Assembly: GCA_003427395.1 (NCBI GenBank)
Contig: BFEA01000019.1
Location: 1,591,726-1,654,720 of the forward strand
DNA length: 62,995 nt
Direction of reading: 5' to 3'
Source: Chara braunii
Taxonomy: Eukaryota > Plantae > Charophyceae
The notes beneath the pieces were generated by a model that did not search any database, was not told the origin of the DNA, and saw nothing but the letters and a program-made list of their open reading frames with translations. Shown here piece by piece: positions 1 to 11,050 of this stretch. Each line of letters starts with the position of its first letter. The first letter of the stretch is position 1. Both the position numbers and the translations under genes were made by a program.

Positions 1-14
1 ATATGTTCAGCCTC

Positions 15-51
15 CTGATGAGTCGGTGAAACTCCGACGAAACAGTTTGTC
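15..51 (+). ncRNA. Hammerhead-ribozyme-like core (minimal type I, Penelope-like); stem I not evident
   Basis: CTGATGA (15-21), stem II GTCGG/CCGAC (22-26/34-38), GAAA (39-42), short stem III ACA/TGT, GTC triplet ending at 51. The flanks (CCTC / ACAG) do not pair. Confidence 0.5.
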
Positions 52-127
52 ACAGCCCCTCGTTTGTTGTCCTCTTCTCTCTCTCTGCCTACGGTTTACC
101 GGGCAGTTCTATTTGTGACGATATATA
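40..127 (+). repeat. 3' end of a (TA)n-terminated interspersed element
   Basis: Near-identical reverse-complement copies at 16469-16637, each ending in (TA)n. Confidence 0.85.
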
Positions 128-395
128 AAAATGACAAAAATGATACAGCGGTCACTTCGATGTGTGGAAGGAACACTTCCGACAGCATCCTTCTAGCACA
201 GGAGGATAGCGCAATAAAAAATGGACGATTGCGGCCTACTGGTAGGCTGAGGTTTTGGGCGTCGTGGGGAGTGGCGGTTTAACCCGCTCGCTTTTTTTTT
301 TTTTTTTTTTTTTTTAACTCCTCTTTTTATTAACAGTCACACAGTGCGGTATGCATTACCTACTGCCACTAGAGGTGAGAAGCGCGCATGCACCC

Positions 396-521
396 GTGAG
401 CTTAGCTAAATGGGCATACCCATGAACTGTTGAAATACAGACCTGAGTTTGAATCCAGATGATGGAACTTGATGAGTAACACCAAATATTTCTAAATTGC
501 CTGGGGCTGGTCAACTGAATG
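396..521 (+). mobile_element. tRNA-derived SINE copy, interrupted by the 522-1383 element
   Basis: A-box-like TAGCTAAATGG and B-box-like GAGTTTGAATCC. Shares ATGAACTGTTGAAATACAGACCTGAG and CCTGGGG..GGTCA.CT with 4423-4537; similarity resumes at about 1392. Confidence 0.6.
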
Positions 522-1383
522 CTAGGCTTCATTTCCGGGTGCACGGGTGACCCCGGCACGCACGGCCGCACGGCCGTGCGGGTCCCCCGTACGGGCCCCA
601 TGCGGCCCCAGCGCGGTGTTCAGAAAATAAATGCAAAGTTTTTCTCTGCTTTGTCTTCTTTTTCTCCTCGCTTGTCGTTTACCTTCTTCTTCCCCTCCTG
701 CGGTCTCCTTCTTCCCTCCTGCTCCTCTTACTCTCCCTGCCGCTCCTGCCTACTTCCCCTCCCGCCGTCTCCTTCGTCCCTCCCACAACCTCCTACTTCC
801 ACTCCCGCCATCTCCCTCGTCGCTCCCACCATCCTTCACCTCTCTCCCGCCACTTTGTTCCTGCTCTTCCGCCATCCTCCACCTCCCTCCCGCCACTTCG
901 TCCATGCTGTTCCGCCATCCTACACCTCTTTTCTGTCGTCTTCCTCCTACTTCCCTCCGCCATATCAAACCTCCATCCCGCCTTCTCCCACCCACCTCCC
1001 GCCACCTCCCACTTCCCCTCCCGCCGTTTACCACTTTCATCCCGCTGTCTCCCACCTATTTCCAGCTACCTCCCACTTCCCCTCGCGCCATCCCCCATGT
1101 CTCGCGCACCATCCTCTGCCTCCCGCCCGCCACTTTGATCCTTTTCTTCTACCACCCTCCTCCCATCCTCTGCATCCCTCCCGCCATCACCACTTCTTAG
1201 CATGTGTGGAAAAGGCAGATTCAGGGACTTCTCTGCATGCCCAGCAGGCCCTGATCACCACCCTTTTCTTTTTTTTTTAAATAAAAGAATACCTCGCATG
1301 GGTGACCCGTGCAGCCCCCTGGCCGTGCAGGCTGCACGGGTGCACGGCCGTGACGGCCCGGCCGGGCGGCTCAGGAAGTCTAG
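522..1383. mobile_element. Non-autonomous hAT-like DNA transposon
   Basis: 8-bp TSD ACTGAATG (514-521, 1384-1391); TIR CTAGGCTTC/GAAGTCTAG; GC-rich subterminal GCACGG motifs; C/T-rich interior. Confidence 0.85.
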
Positions 1384-1656
1384 ACTGAATGATGATATCT
1401 TTTTTTTTTTTTCCTTTAAAAAAAAAAACTAAACTAAGTCATTCCTTTCATCTGTATGCTAACTGAGCATCTTTAAGTTTTAGGCCACCGTTCCCTAGAC
1501 AAAGGTGAGTGCAAGAGACTCATGCATAGCGGTATCTTCTGGGTCATGGCAAATTCTCCCCTTTGTTGGCTTTCTATTTCGGGCGTGCGCTTCTCATGGC
1601 GCGGATCTTTTCCACGGCAGTGGCGTTGCTTGCATCCACTCTAATTATTTTTTCAT

Positions 1657-1750
1657 CGGACCGAGCTTCTTAGCAGGTGACGGTCCCCACCAATAGATGG
1701 AGCCTCCCCCCGAGTGCTAGTGGTGCCTGCTCTTACCAGCATCACTAGCA
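1657..1750 (+). repeat. Structured LINE-tail motif, copy 1 (long form)
   Basis: AGCAGGTG..GGTCCCCACCAATAGATGGAGC followed by hairpin GCTAGTGGTG...CATCACTAGC. Confidence 0.8.
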
Positions 1751-2065
1751 CAGCGAGGGCGTGTCTTAAGAGGCATGAGTTTCCCATTCGGTGGTGGCAC
1801 CTAAGATAGACCATCTTGACATGCATGTTAGTGAAAGGTTGGATGAAAGACAATCATTTTCTTCATCTCAGATAAGCACCATCAGTCATTTCTCTTTTGC
1901 AAGCATCCTTCTACCTACCTGCACATTGAGCAAAACAACAAGTTCAAAGGAATTGCAACAGATCCCTACACCCAAGTTAGACCGCATCATTCCACATGCA
2001 CGAGTCTCACAACCCCTACTTTTTTTTCTTTTTTTTTTTAATAGAAAACACAGCTTAGACAAGTA

Positions 2066-2164
2066 TTAGGGGTGTTGATAGGAGCAGACACCTCTAGTAC
2101 TGTCAGAGAGGCTCCATCTATTGGTGGGGAGCATCACCTGCTGGAAACCGGGTCCAGCGTCTCT
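2066..2164 (-). repeat. Structured LINE-tail motif, copy 2 (long form)
   Basis: Reverse complement of GACGCTGGACCCGGTTTCCAGCAGGTGATGCTCCCCACCAATAGATGGAGC plus the 3' hairpin. Confidence 0.85.
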
Positions 2165-4269
2165 TTTAATAGAGAAAAGATTTCTGTAATTACATATCCG
2201 GCAGCCAGATCCCACTATACATCATTAGGCCTGCCATCATTGATTGCCTTGTTTCCAGGGGATTGACTGCACAGGGTTAGCACTAGATATGTTTAAATGG
2301 AGAACGGTTTGGGCCTCTTTTGTATGCTCCGTCCTTGCTCCTTGATCTGCTCCATACCATTGCATGTCTACCATTGCCAACTGGTGGGGCGGGAAGGGAT
2401 CGGGAAATTTTGAGGATGGTCGGAACCCCTACTCTAAATTTTCTATTTGAACATTCAACACATAATAGGGTTGAGCAAAGTGTGGGTGCACACAGGTGTG
2501 AAGTTTAAACTGACTCACTCAAGAAAGCCAAATAATATTCCAATAGAAAATAAATGTCATCGGAACCCAAAATGCGTAGCCCACAACCCCACCATTTGTG
2601 GTCTTCCAATAGAATGACCATCCACGTCCTTTCCCTTGGACCCGAACAGGCCAAGCCTGGGCCCACCAAAGGACTTAAACGTTATAAACCTCAAAGATGT
2701 GGTCTCAAAAGTAAGTCTCACATTGTCCCAGTGTACCAGAGTCCCAAATGCAGTCCCAACTGCACCTCAACCTCCAAGGACTGTCTCAAATCTAACCGCA
2801 GGTCCAAACCGCCTCCAATCTCAGTGTCCCACGTGAGAGAATCCAATAAGTGGGATCAGCAAACCGCATGCATCCAAAGAATCACGAGCCCAAAGTTGGT
2901 TCCAACTGGTCCCAAAATGGTCCCAGATGGTCTCACACTATCGCCCGCAGCACTGGATGATTCCAAAATGCCAAGCTACTTGCATCGTGTGTCCCAAAAA
3001 AATAAAGGTGATCCTGGGCATAAAACCCGCAAGTACCGTATGTCCCACCACACTACGAGCATGCACTTCAAGTGGTCCCATTGGTCCACACTGTGCCGCC
3101 TGGTCCCAAAACGATCCTACAATGTCTGCAAACTGGTGTCAATAATCCCACCTGCCAGAAATATTGACGGCGCGAGCAAAACTGCAGCAAAAAAATAAAT
3201 CTCGTGCCGTCTCGAAAAATTGGTACTCTGAACCGGGCCCCAAATATGCACCAGCTCTTTTGCAGCCCCTAGACCACACCAATTCACTCGATTTCCAGCC
3301 GCCCTCCGAGTACCTCTCCCAAAAAGAAACAATGGCAGGATGCTGTACCGTCAAAACTGGTAAGCAAACACTCGACAATACCACCGCTAACTTAAGCCTC
3401 TCTCAAAAAACGATCCACCCCGTGCAAAATTTTGGCAATACTTTCCTTCAAAATAGTATTGTGGACGTTGTCGTAAAAAATACCCTTACAAGGGTATCTG
3501 GAGTACTTCTTGCGGGTCATACCGTTGCGATGTTGTTCGCAGTTGATAGCGCTTTCCGTAGTCAGGGTACGGCCGTCGGGGCAGGCTGCCGAGACCGGAA
3601 TCAGAGTGAGCGGATGTGTGGGTAAGTGGTGTGCCTGCGCTTGCGTATTTGGCCGCGGATGTGAGGGTGGAAGGCGTGCATGTGGAAAGAACTTGGCGTT
3701 ATCTTTATTGGCGAGCACAGTCTAAGCCTCAACGCGGCGGAGTGCGGGGATTCACCGACCGCGGGTTCGACTGGTAAGCCAAGGTGTGGATTCGGTGCAC
3801 TTTGCAAGCCCAGCCACGTCGCCAGTGCCGTTTATATCAAAGGTTGGGAGTGTTAATCCAAGCCTTGGGCTTAGCAATTTGGTTACATTGTTAAACTGCT
3901 TCTACGTAGGTATGGGGATCAATACCAGTTGCTGGCGATAAAGGAGTTGTGGAGGGCAATTGGAAAAGTCGAGAGGTAAAGGGCCTTGCACTGTTGCAGG
4001 ACTATTATCCCAGATTTTGCCGTCGACTCCGACAGTGGGCCTAACCGGCGGGACCAAGGAGGTGCTAACAGTACCTCCCCCTCTCCTCTATGACCCCAAC
4101 CGTTATCCCTTTTTTTTGTATTATCTGTTTTTTTTTTTATTGTTAATTTTAATATCTCATTTTTGGGGTTGGGACGACGCCGGTACTGGTGTCGGGACCA
4201 ACAATAGGACCGCCGAGCTAAGCTCAGTCGGTACACCTTTGAGCTACCAAAGAGCAGGCGTGCATGCTA

Positions 4270-4425
4270 GCCGGTGGGTGGTTGGCTTACGGCACGGGGG
4301 AAACCTGAGTGGTGGGGGCCCTCTGTAGGAGCACCGCCCAGCGCACCGCTGTCTGTTGTGAGAGCTTTGAGTGTGAGCATGCCTATTGGAGCCCTAAAGA
4401 TGGTGAACTATGCCCGAGCAGGGTG
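4270..4425 (+). pseudogene. Degenerate cytosolic LSU (25S/28S) rRNA fragment
   Basis: TTTGAGTGTGAGCATGCCTATTGGAGCCCTAAAGATGGTGAACTATGCCCGAGCAGGG matches the conserved LSU block GAGCATGCCTGTCGGGACCCGAAAGATGGTGAACTATGCCTGAGCGGGG; similarity is weaker upstream. Confidence 0.8.
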
Positions 4426-4537
4426 GACTTAGCCCCGTTGGTACACCAATGAACTGTTGAAATACAGACCTGAGATCGCGAAACCAGAGAAGTGACTCTG
4501 TGTTACCTGGGGTCGGTCAGCTTCAATGATGTATCCC
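4423..4537 (+). mobile_element. tRNA-derived SINE copy (a more diverged head lies at about 4213-4265)
   Basis: TTAGCCCCGTTGGTAC A-box-like start; homologous to 396-521. Confidence 0.55.
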
Positions 4538-4557
4538 TGGGCCGTGGCCCCAGCATT

Positions 4558-4649
4558 GTCCTTTGAGACATCTGTTAAAATTGGAATGGTACAGAGAAGA
4601 TTGGCCTGGCCCCTGCGTAAAGATGACACGCATAAACCAAGAAAAGTCG
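4558..4649 (+). pseudogene. U6 snRNA pseudogene, near full length
   Basis: AAAATTGGAATGGTACAGAGAAGATTGGCCTGGCCCCTGCGTAAAGATGACACGCATAAA. ACAGAGA box intact, catalytic AGC changed to GGC, several CpG-type transitions, no USE/TATA upstream. Confidence 0.9.
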
Positions 4650-5950
4650 AAGGTAAGCAGACATTTTTTCTTAATTTTTTTTCTTTTCCTTTTCTGCCTA
4701 CGGGACCTCTCCAGTTAGTCCGGCCGCTGTTGTCTGCACTATGAAACGGCAGCGGAGTTGACATCAACATGAAGAATACGAAGACGAAGATGGTGGGGAC
4801 TCATGGGAGGAGAGAATAATGCCGAAGGGAAAAACGAATGTCTCGCTCGATTCTTGATGGAATCGGGCGAGGAAACATGTAAACTATCGGTTTTTGGGAA
4901 GGACGAGCTGAATGGTAGTGTTAGTTTGGGGGTTGGGCCGAAAAGGAGTTGCACGGAGGTATCGACGAGAGGAAGGAGAGAGGGCAGAAAAGGCAAAACT
5001 CGCCCGTTTCTCAACAACAGCGGGCGAGGGAAGATGCAAAATGGGGTTTTGGGGCGATGCAACTCGTTTGGCCATGCTGGATTTGAGGTTCGGGTGATAG
5101 TTTGGCTGCTACAAGAAGTGGGAGGTGCACGGGCTTTGTCGGAGTATGGTGGTGTCCTATCAGCAGATTCAATCTCATTCTGCACATTTGGCGAACAGTG
5201 AAGCAAGGCCGACATTGCGCCTCGTATTTCTTCCTAAGTTGTCATCGCAGGCTTTAGAAGTGAGGTTCGACAAAGGGACCTTTGACGCCATCCCTCACTC
5301 ATCCTGGTGGTAGCGTCATTCGCCGTCTCCGTGCTGAAGCATCGTCGTTATCGTTGGTGGTTGCGAGGTTTTCTGGAGCCCGCCCTGTTTTGGCAGCTGT
5401 GCACAGTGTGGCGAACGTTTTCGGGGTGGTCGTTTTCATCAGCCATGCGGTCGCCACTTTATCCTGCTGTCGCTGACGGCCATGTTGTTTGTCAACCACG
5501 GTCGTGTTCCGCTGAGCCCGTGATCTTCGTGCCAGCCACTTCGGGCCCCTTTCTTAAATTTTGTTTGAACCTGCCCGTGCGGACGGGCAGGTATGTTCAG
5601 GTCATAAAGGCAAAAAAAATCTGTAGATGTTGTTTGATGTGTGGGTTGGGTAGATCCAAAGTACCTGCGTACTAGGGCAATCCAAGAGGAAACTCGAAGT
5701 CCAAAGATCCAATATTAAATTCCCCATAGGAAGACTTCCAAGCCAAAAAGCCAAATTACCACTTATGGTATATTTATAAGCAAGTTCTGGTTCTTGTAAT
5801 TTCACGGAAATCGTCGTAGCACAAAAACAAATATGGTTTGATATTCCCCTTTTTCCTTTATTGTTTCAGTGACGAAGTCTTCCATAGTGCTTGCCGGTTG
5901 CTGGTTTTTGTCGTTTCAAGAGTGAAAACTCTTACGATTGCCTCGCCGCT

Positions 5951-6012
5951 GATTTAAGGTAAATTGTTTGCCTTCCAAGCAGGGGGTATGGGTTCGATTT
6001 CCGTTATCCGCA
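5951..6012 (+). pseudogene. trnG: tRNA-Gly(UCC) relic, organellar (mitochondrial-like), lacking the 5' acceptor strand
   Basis: Anticodon arm TTTGC-CTTCCAA-GCAGG, T-loop GGTTCGATTTCC, 3' acceptor TATCCGCA; no complementary GCGGATA upstream. Confidence 0.75.
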
Positions 6013-6239
6013 ATTGCGATTTGATGGAAAAAAGCATGTAGCTAAGGGGGAGAGAAGGCAAGAGAGAGAAAGTGGGCTACCACGGCAGTGAAGGAGGAAT
6101 CCGAAGCCCGGAGCAACGTTGTGCGCTCATTAGATACGGACGACCGATGCATCTTCCTCTGTTCTAGTGGAAGATTCTTTCTCAGTTTGTGAGCGTGATG
6201 GGTGGAGGTTATGCGTTGTTGGGAACGCGCTGTTGTGCT

Positions 6240-7260
6240 ATATGAAACCATTTGAACTCGCTTAAGCGGGCGCTCATAGCCCCCTAGTGCGCGCTAAAGA
6301 ACGCTTAATCGCTTTTTCGGCACGCACGCACCTGGCAGGGGCCTGGACGTGGGGGGGGGGAAATGTAGAGGTGTTTGCACCAAAAAAAAAAAAAATTGAG
6401 GNNNNNNNNNNNNNNNNNNNNNNNNNNNNNNNNNNNNNNNNNNNNNNNNNNNNNNNNNNNNNNNNNNNNNNNNNNNNNNNNNNNNNNNNNNNNNNNNNNN
6501 NNNNNNNNNNNNNNNNNNNNNNNNNNNNNNNNNNNNNNNNNNNNNNNNNNNNNNNNNNNNNNNNNNNNNNNNNNNNNNNNNNNNNNNNNNNNNNNNNNNN
6601 NNNNNNNNNNNNNNNNNNNNNNNNNNNNNNNNNNNNNNNNNNNNNNNNNNNNNNNNNNNNNNNNNNNNNNNNNNNNNNNNNNNNNNNNNNNNNNNNNNNN
6701 NNNNNNNNNNNNNNNNNNNNNNNNNNNNNNNNNNNNNNNNNNNNNNNNNNNNNNNNNNNNNNNNNNNNNNNNNNNNNNNGGGGTCTTTTTTTCTTCGTTT
6801 TTATGTTTTTTTGTTTTTTTTTTAATACATATGAGCTTAAAAACAAAAACAATGAAAACATGGGGTCATATGTCTCCGAAAGATCTACAAGCCTCTATTT
6901 TTTTTAATTATTTTTTGTTTCTTGTTTGCCCTCAAAACAATACATGTGAAAACTAAGAAAAACCCACCCGTTGCATATTGTTTTTTTACTTTTTTTTCTT
7001 TTATTTATGTTTTTGATTTTTTTTTAAATATAGCAAATCTTCACAAAGTAAAATAAAAAACATAGGGTTGTAGATCTCAAAAATATCTACAACCCTATAT
7101 TTGTTTATTTTTTGTTTGCTTATTCTTTCCCGGGGAAAACATTAGTCCCGCGCCTGCTCAATCCTCGTTTAAGCGCTTTTAAGTGCGTGGGATTGAGCGG
7201 AGCTCAAAAATTTGAGCTCCGACCCCGCGCTCAATCAGCGCAGGCCACACGGTAACATAG
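6240..7260. mobile_element. Non-autonomous hAT-like element (contains an N-gap)
   Basis: 8-bp TSD GTTGTGCT (6232-6239, 7261-7268); imperfect TIR ATATGAAACC/GGTAACATAG. Confidence 0.75.
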
Positions 7261-8171
7261 GTTGTGCTCGTGGCAGCGGCCCACTGGTATCAACGAAACT
7301 TATCCTTATCGTGGGGGTCAAAGCACTCACCTCGCCAAGCTCGTGCTCGCGGACCTCATCGAATTAGAAGCCTTATCCGCCCTCGTCTTCACCATTTGGG
7401 TCGTACTGCTCGCCTCGATGCTGGTTGTCATTGTGGTGGTCGTCCTCTTCCTCTTGCGGTGATCTCACTCTTGAGCGGGCCGTGATCTTGAACTGTTGTT
7501 AAGGATTGATGAGTTGTTGCTGCCCCTCGACAGCAAGTGTGCATTCCTACCTAAAGTTATCGCTAGTCCCTGGCAAATGTCGTTGTCTCAGACTTGAGAC
7601 CGCTGCGGCTGTTGGGCGACGACTGAAACTTTTGAGATTGTTATTGTTGTAGCCATTGGAGTGTTGCTCCCGCAGAGAGCTGACGATCTCGGACTCGTGT
7701 TGAAATCACGGTGGTTGTGACCATACTTTACACAGTTGGATATTGTTGAGTGCAACATTACATTGATGTTGTTGAGTATTAGAGCTGCTAAATTGCATAG
7801 TGTTACCACCTCCAAGATTGACGTGTTGTTGCTGCTGAAATTTCGCCGTTTGCTGTTGTTATTTCTGTTGAGATCACATTGCACATTGCAGTGCATTTTG
7901 CTATGGGTTACGAGGCTTTGTTGTGTATTTGATTAAGTGCTGGTTGAGCGCTTGCTGCCCCTTGTTGCTATGCGCACAGTGGTTTGTTGAGTTCAACTGC
8001 TTTCGTCTGCATACAAATAAAGTACAAGGGGGGTGCTCTATTTGAATGCAGCCCTTTTAGGTTGTGCGACAATATTTTGGTCAAGCGGAACATCAGTGCG
8101 ATTTGAGAGGGCTGTCAAACTCCGCAAGGGGGTCATTGCTGCAACGTGGAGGTTCATTAAGGGGTGTAACC

Positions 8172-9144
8172 CTATGTTGCACGCTGGCCGCAGCCGGGTT
8201 CGGCCCAGGCCGCGGCCGGTCCGGCCGAGTTTTTTCGGCCGCTGTCGTGGCCGATCGGGGAGGGGGTTTTGGGAGACGGGAGTGGGTTTCGAGTCGGGGG
8301 GGGCTCCCCTAACCCCTCGCAAAAAAAAAAACATAAAAACTTCAAAAACGGGGGGGCGGAATCTGGGGATTTTTTGAGGGGAGGCGGATAATTTTGGGGC
8401 CGAAAAAAAAAACGATTTTTTTCAGATNNNNNNNNNNNNNNNNNNNNNNNNNNNNNNNNNNNNNNNNNNNNNNNNNNNNNNNNNNNNNNNNNNNNNNNNN
8501 NNNNNNNNNNNNNNNNNNNNNNNNNNNNNNNNNNNNNNNNNNNNNNNNNNNNNNNNNNNNNNNNNNNNNNNNNNNNNNNNNNNNNNNNNNNNNNNNNNNN
8601 NNNNNNNNNNNNNNNNNNNNNNNNNNNNNNNNNNNNNNNNNNNNNNNNNNNNNNNNNNNNNNNNNNNNNNNNNNNNNNNNNNNNNNNNNNNNNNNNNNNN
8701 NNNNNNNNNNNNNNNNNNNNNNNNNNNNNNNNNNNNNNNNNNNNNNNNNNNNNNNNNNNNNNNNNNNNNNNNNNNNNNNNNNNNNNNNNNNNNNNNNNNN
8801 NNNNNNNNNNNNNNNNNNNNNNNNNNNNNNNNNNNNNNNNNNNNNNNNNNNNNNNNNNNNNNNNNNNNNNNNNNNNNNNNNNNNNNNNNNNNNNNNNNNN
8901 NNNNNNNNNNNNTTTTTTTTTACGCAATGGAAAACAACAATGCCCCCCCCAAAAAAATATGGGCGTGTAGGTTTTTTTGTACCCTAGACGCCCAATTGTT
9001 TTTTTTTTTTGTGCACTAGAATACGGGAAAAAATTGTTGCACCAAACTTGGCAGGTCGGATGTGGCCGAACCAGGCCGATTTGGCCGACGGCCGAGGCCG
9101 CGGCCGACTTGACCCCCCCGGCCGCGGCCGGGCGTGCAACATAG
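8172..9144. mobile_element. Non-autonomous hAT-like element (contains an N-gap)
   Basis: 8-bp TSD GTGTAACC (8164-8171, 9145-9152); TIR CTATGTTGCACGC/GCGTGCAACATAG; GGCCG subterminal repeats. Confidence 0.9.
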
Positions 9145-9706
9145 GTGTAACCTACATAACGTTAGTCGCGGTTTGACCATCTTCGCGATGTCTTGGCCAT
9201 CGTTGAGGGGTCCTCAAGCGCATGAAGGAAACAAGACCTTCTCACATGAGTCTGAGTGCACACTTCTTGTATCTGAGCGACTTAAAGGTTCTCCTTCTGT
9301 CTTTCTTACTCTTAGTCTAGTCTTTTGTTTAGGAGAGGAAGGAGGCATGAGGGATTGGAAACCCGTAATCCGTGCAAATATCTTTATGGGAGGTTCGCCC
9401 CATCGATTGCGGGAGCTCTGCCGAAACCTAGGCGAGGTTCAGGAGGCAGAGAACTTTCAGGTATACCGATTCTTATTCATGTGTATTCCCACTAAAGCTT
9501 TATCTCTACATCCCTGCATGGTGATTGTTATATAAACATGCATATCATTATGCTTTTTCTCTTGTTAAAGATTTAATCCAGATTAAGTGAAGGAAACACA
9601 TCTATGAAGATTATATATTTCTATTGTTTGAATTCAAAGAGACAGGAATGAACTGGGGAAGGTGAAAGGAAGGTGATTTTGTTTAACTTTGACTGGGTCT
9701 TCAAGA

Positions 9707-10141
9707 GTTAGACATTGTTTCAAAGATAAATGGTATGACCGCTTTGCTTGGTTCTGTTTTTTTGAAGGACCAAACATTGTTTCTAAGATGAATGGCTTTG
9801 TTGCTCCGTTTCTTTGACTTGTTTTCTTTACAACCAAATAGTGTTTATACGATGAATGGTCTGGTTGTTGTTTCTTTAGGGTTTGACTGCTTGAACTTTT
9901 AGAGTCAAACATTGTTTCTAACATGAATGGTCTGACCGTTTGTTTATTTTTGGATGATTTCTAAAGAGACTTTGACATTGTTTCTAAGATGAACGACCCA
10001 GAGTACTCTGTTTTTTTTGTACTAAGAAAAATGGGTTGAGCATTGTTTTTAAGATGAATGACTCAACTCTTTTGGATGTTTTATTTTTGTGAGGGTGGTT
10101 CATACCAAAAGAATATTTAGCATTATTTATAAGATGAATCG
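9707..10141. repeat. Array of 7 conserved ~22-bp repeats with unlike spacers
   Basis: Consensus ACATTGTTTCTAAGATGAATGG starting at 9712, 9774, 9838, 9909, 9975, 10040 and 10120. Confidence 0.9.
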
Positions 10142-10225
10142 TTTACTATGAGACCACACACACTTAATGAGAACTGAGAATAAGACGCTTCATATTTTTA
10201 CTATTTATGCATATATATAGGTTTA

Positions 10226-11050
10226 TTAACCCATATGTACGGAGGTCGTCGGACCGACCTCCGTACGTACGAGCATTCAGGGTTCTGTTCGGGGTCCGAA
10301 CCCGTTCGGACCTAAAAATAATTTGTTTTTTATGTATTTTTTTTGTGAGTTTTCTATGATGTGAGTTACATACCTAAAAATTTTGAAATCGTTTTGCTAA
10401 GCCAAAACAAAATTAGGAATAGCCAAAGATGGCGGTGTCGAAACGTGCTCGCCCATTTACAGTTTATTTTTTTTTAACTTTATTTCAGGGCCTAAAATTA
10501 TTTATTAGTTTTTGGAAATTTTAAATGAGTTTTGTATTATGTGAAGTATATATATGTAAATGTTTAGGGCATTTGGCTATTAAAAAAAAAAAAAAAATCG
10601 TCGAAGATGGCGGTGTCGAAAACGTGCTCGTGCACTCACTAATTTTATTCTTGTTTGATTTTTTCTTATTTTTATTATCAATATTTATTTTTCATATTTT
10701 ATTTTTATTTCATAGCTGGTAAGGACTTTGGATGTTATGCTCAGGCAAGTGTTGTTTATTTTAGTTTTCTTCTTAACATTTTTTTTTTTCATATTTGTTC
10801 TAGGCTACCATAGTGGCACGGAACCACTTGCTCGGCCGGGCAGAAAACGAATAATATTTTTTTTAATAGAAAATATTTTTTAATTTTAATGTTTATTTTA
10901 AATGTGGTAAGGAATTTCAATAGGACCCTGAGGCCAAAGTTGTTTAATTTATTTTTTTGCATAATATATATATTTATTTTCAGATTTTTTCTAGGATACC
11001 AGAGTGGCCCGAATCCACTTGCCCGACCTGGCCAAAAATATATAAAATAA
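10226..11050 (+). mobile_element. piggyBac-like left terminus with internal duplications
   Basis: TTAA|CCC start; subterminal palindrome GTACGGAGGTCG..CGACCTCCGTAC; AAGATGGCGGTGTCGAAA twice; ~190-bp diverged tandem pair. No right end found. Confidence 0.45.

Noticed and set aside
519-1280. 253-aa Pro/Ser-rich ORF and overlapping ORFs
   Set aside because: Open frames arise from C/T low complexity inside a TSD-bounded element.
4558-4649. Functional U6 gene
   Set aside because: Catalytic AGC is mutated, the 3' end is aberrant and there are no promoter elements. The other copies are truncated or carry insertions.
4653-4714. GTAAGC...polypyrimidine...CAG intron-like stretch after U6
   Set aside because: It lies beyond the U6-homologous part and no U6 sequence resumes after it.
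7285-7292. TGGTATCA as a tRNA-Met PBS
   Set aside because: The match stops at 8 nt, with no definable LTR or gag.
9707-10141. Calling the array a CRISPR locus
   Set aside because: Eukaryotic TE context, degenerate repeats, uneven T-rich spacers and no cas gene. Kept only as an unexplained array.
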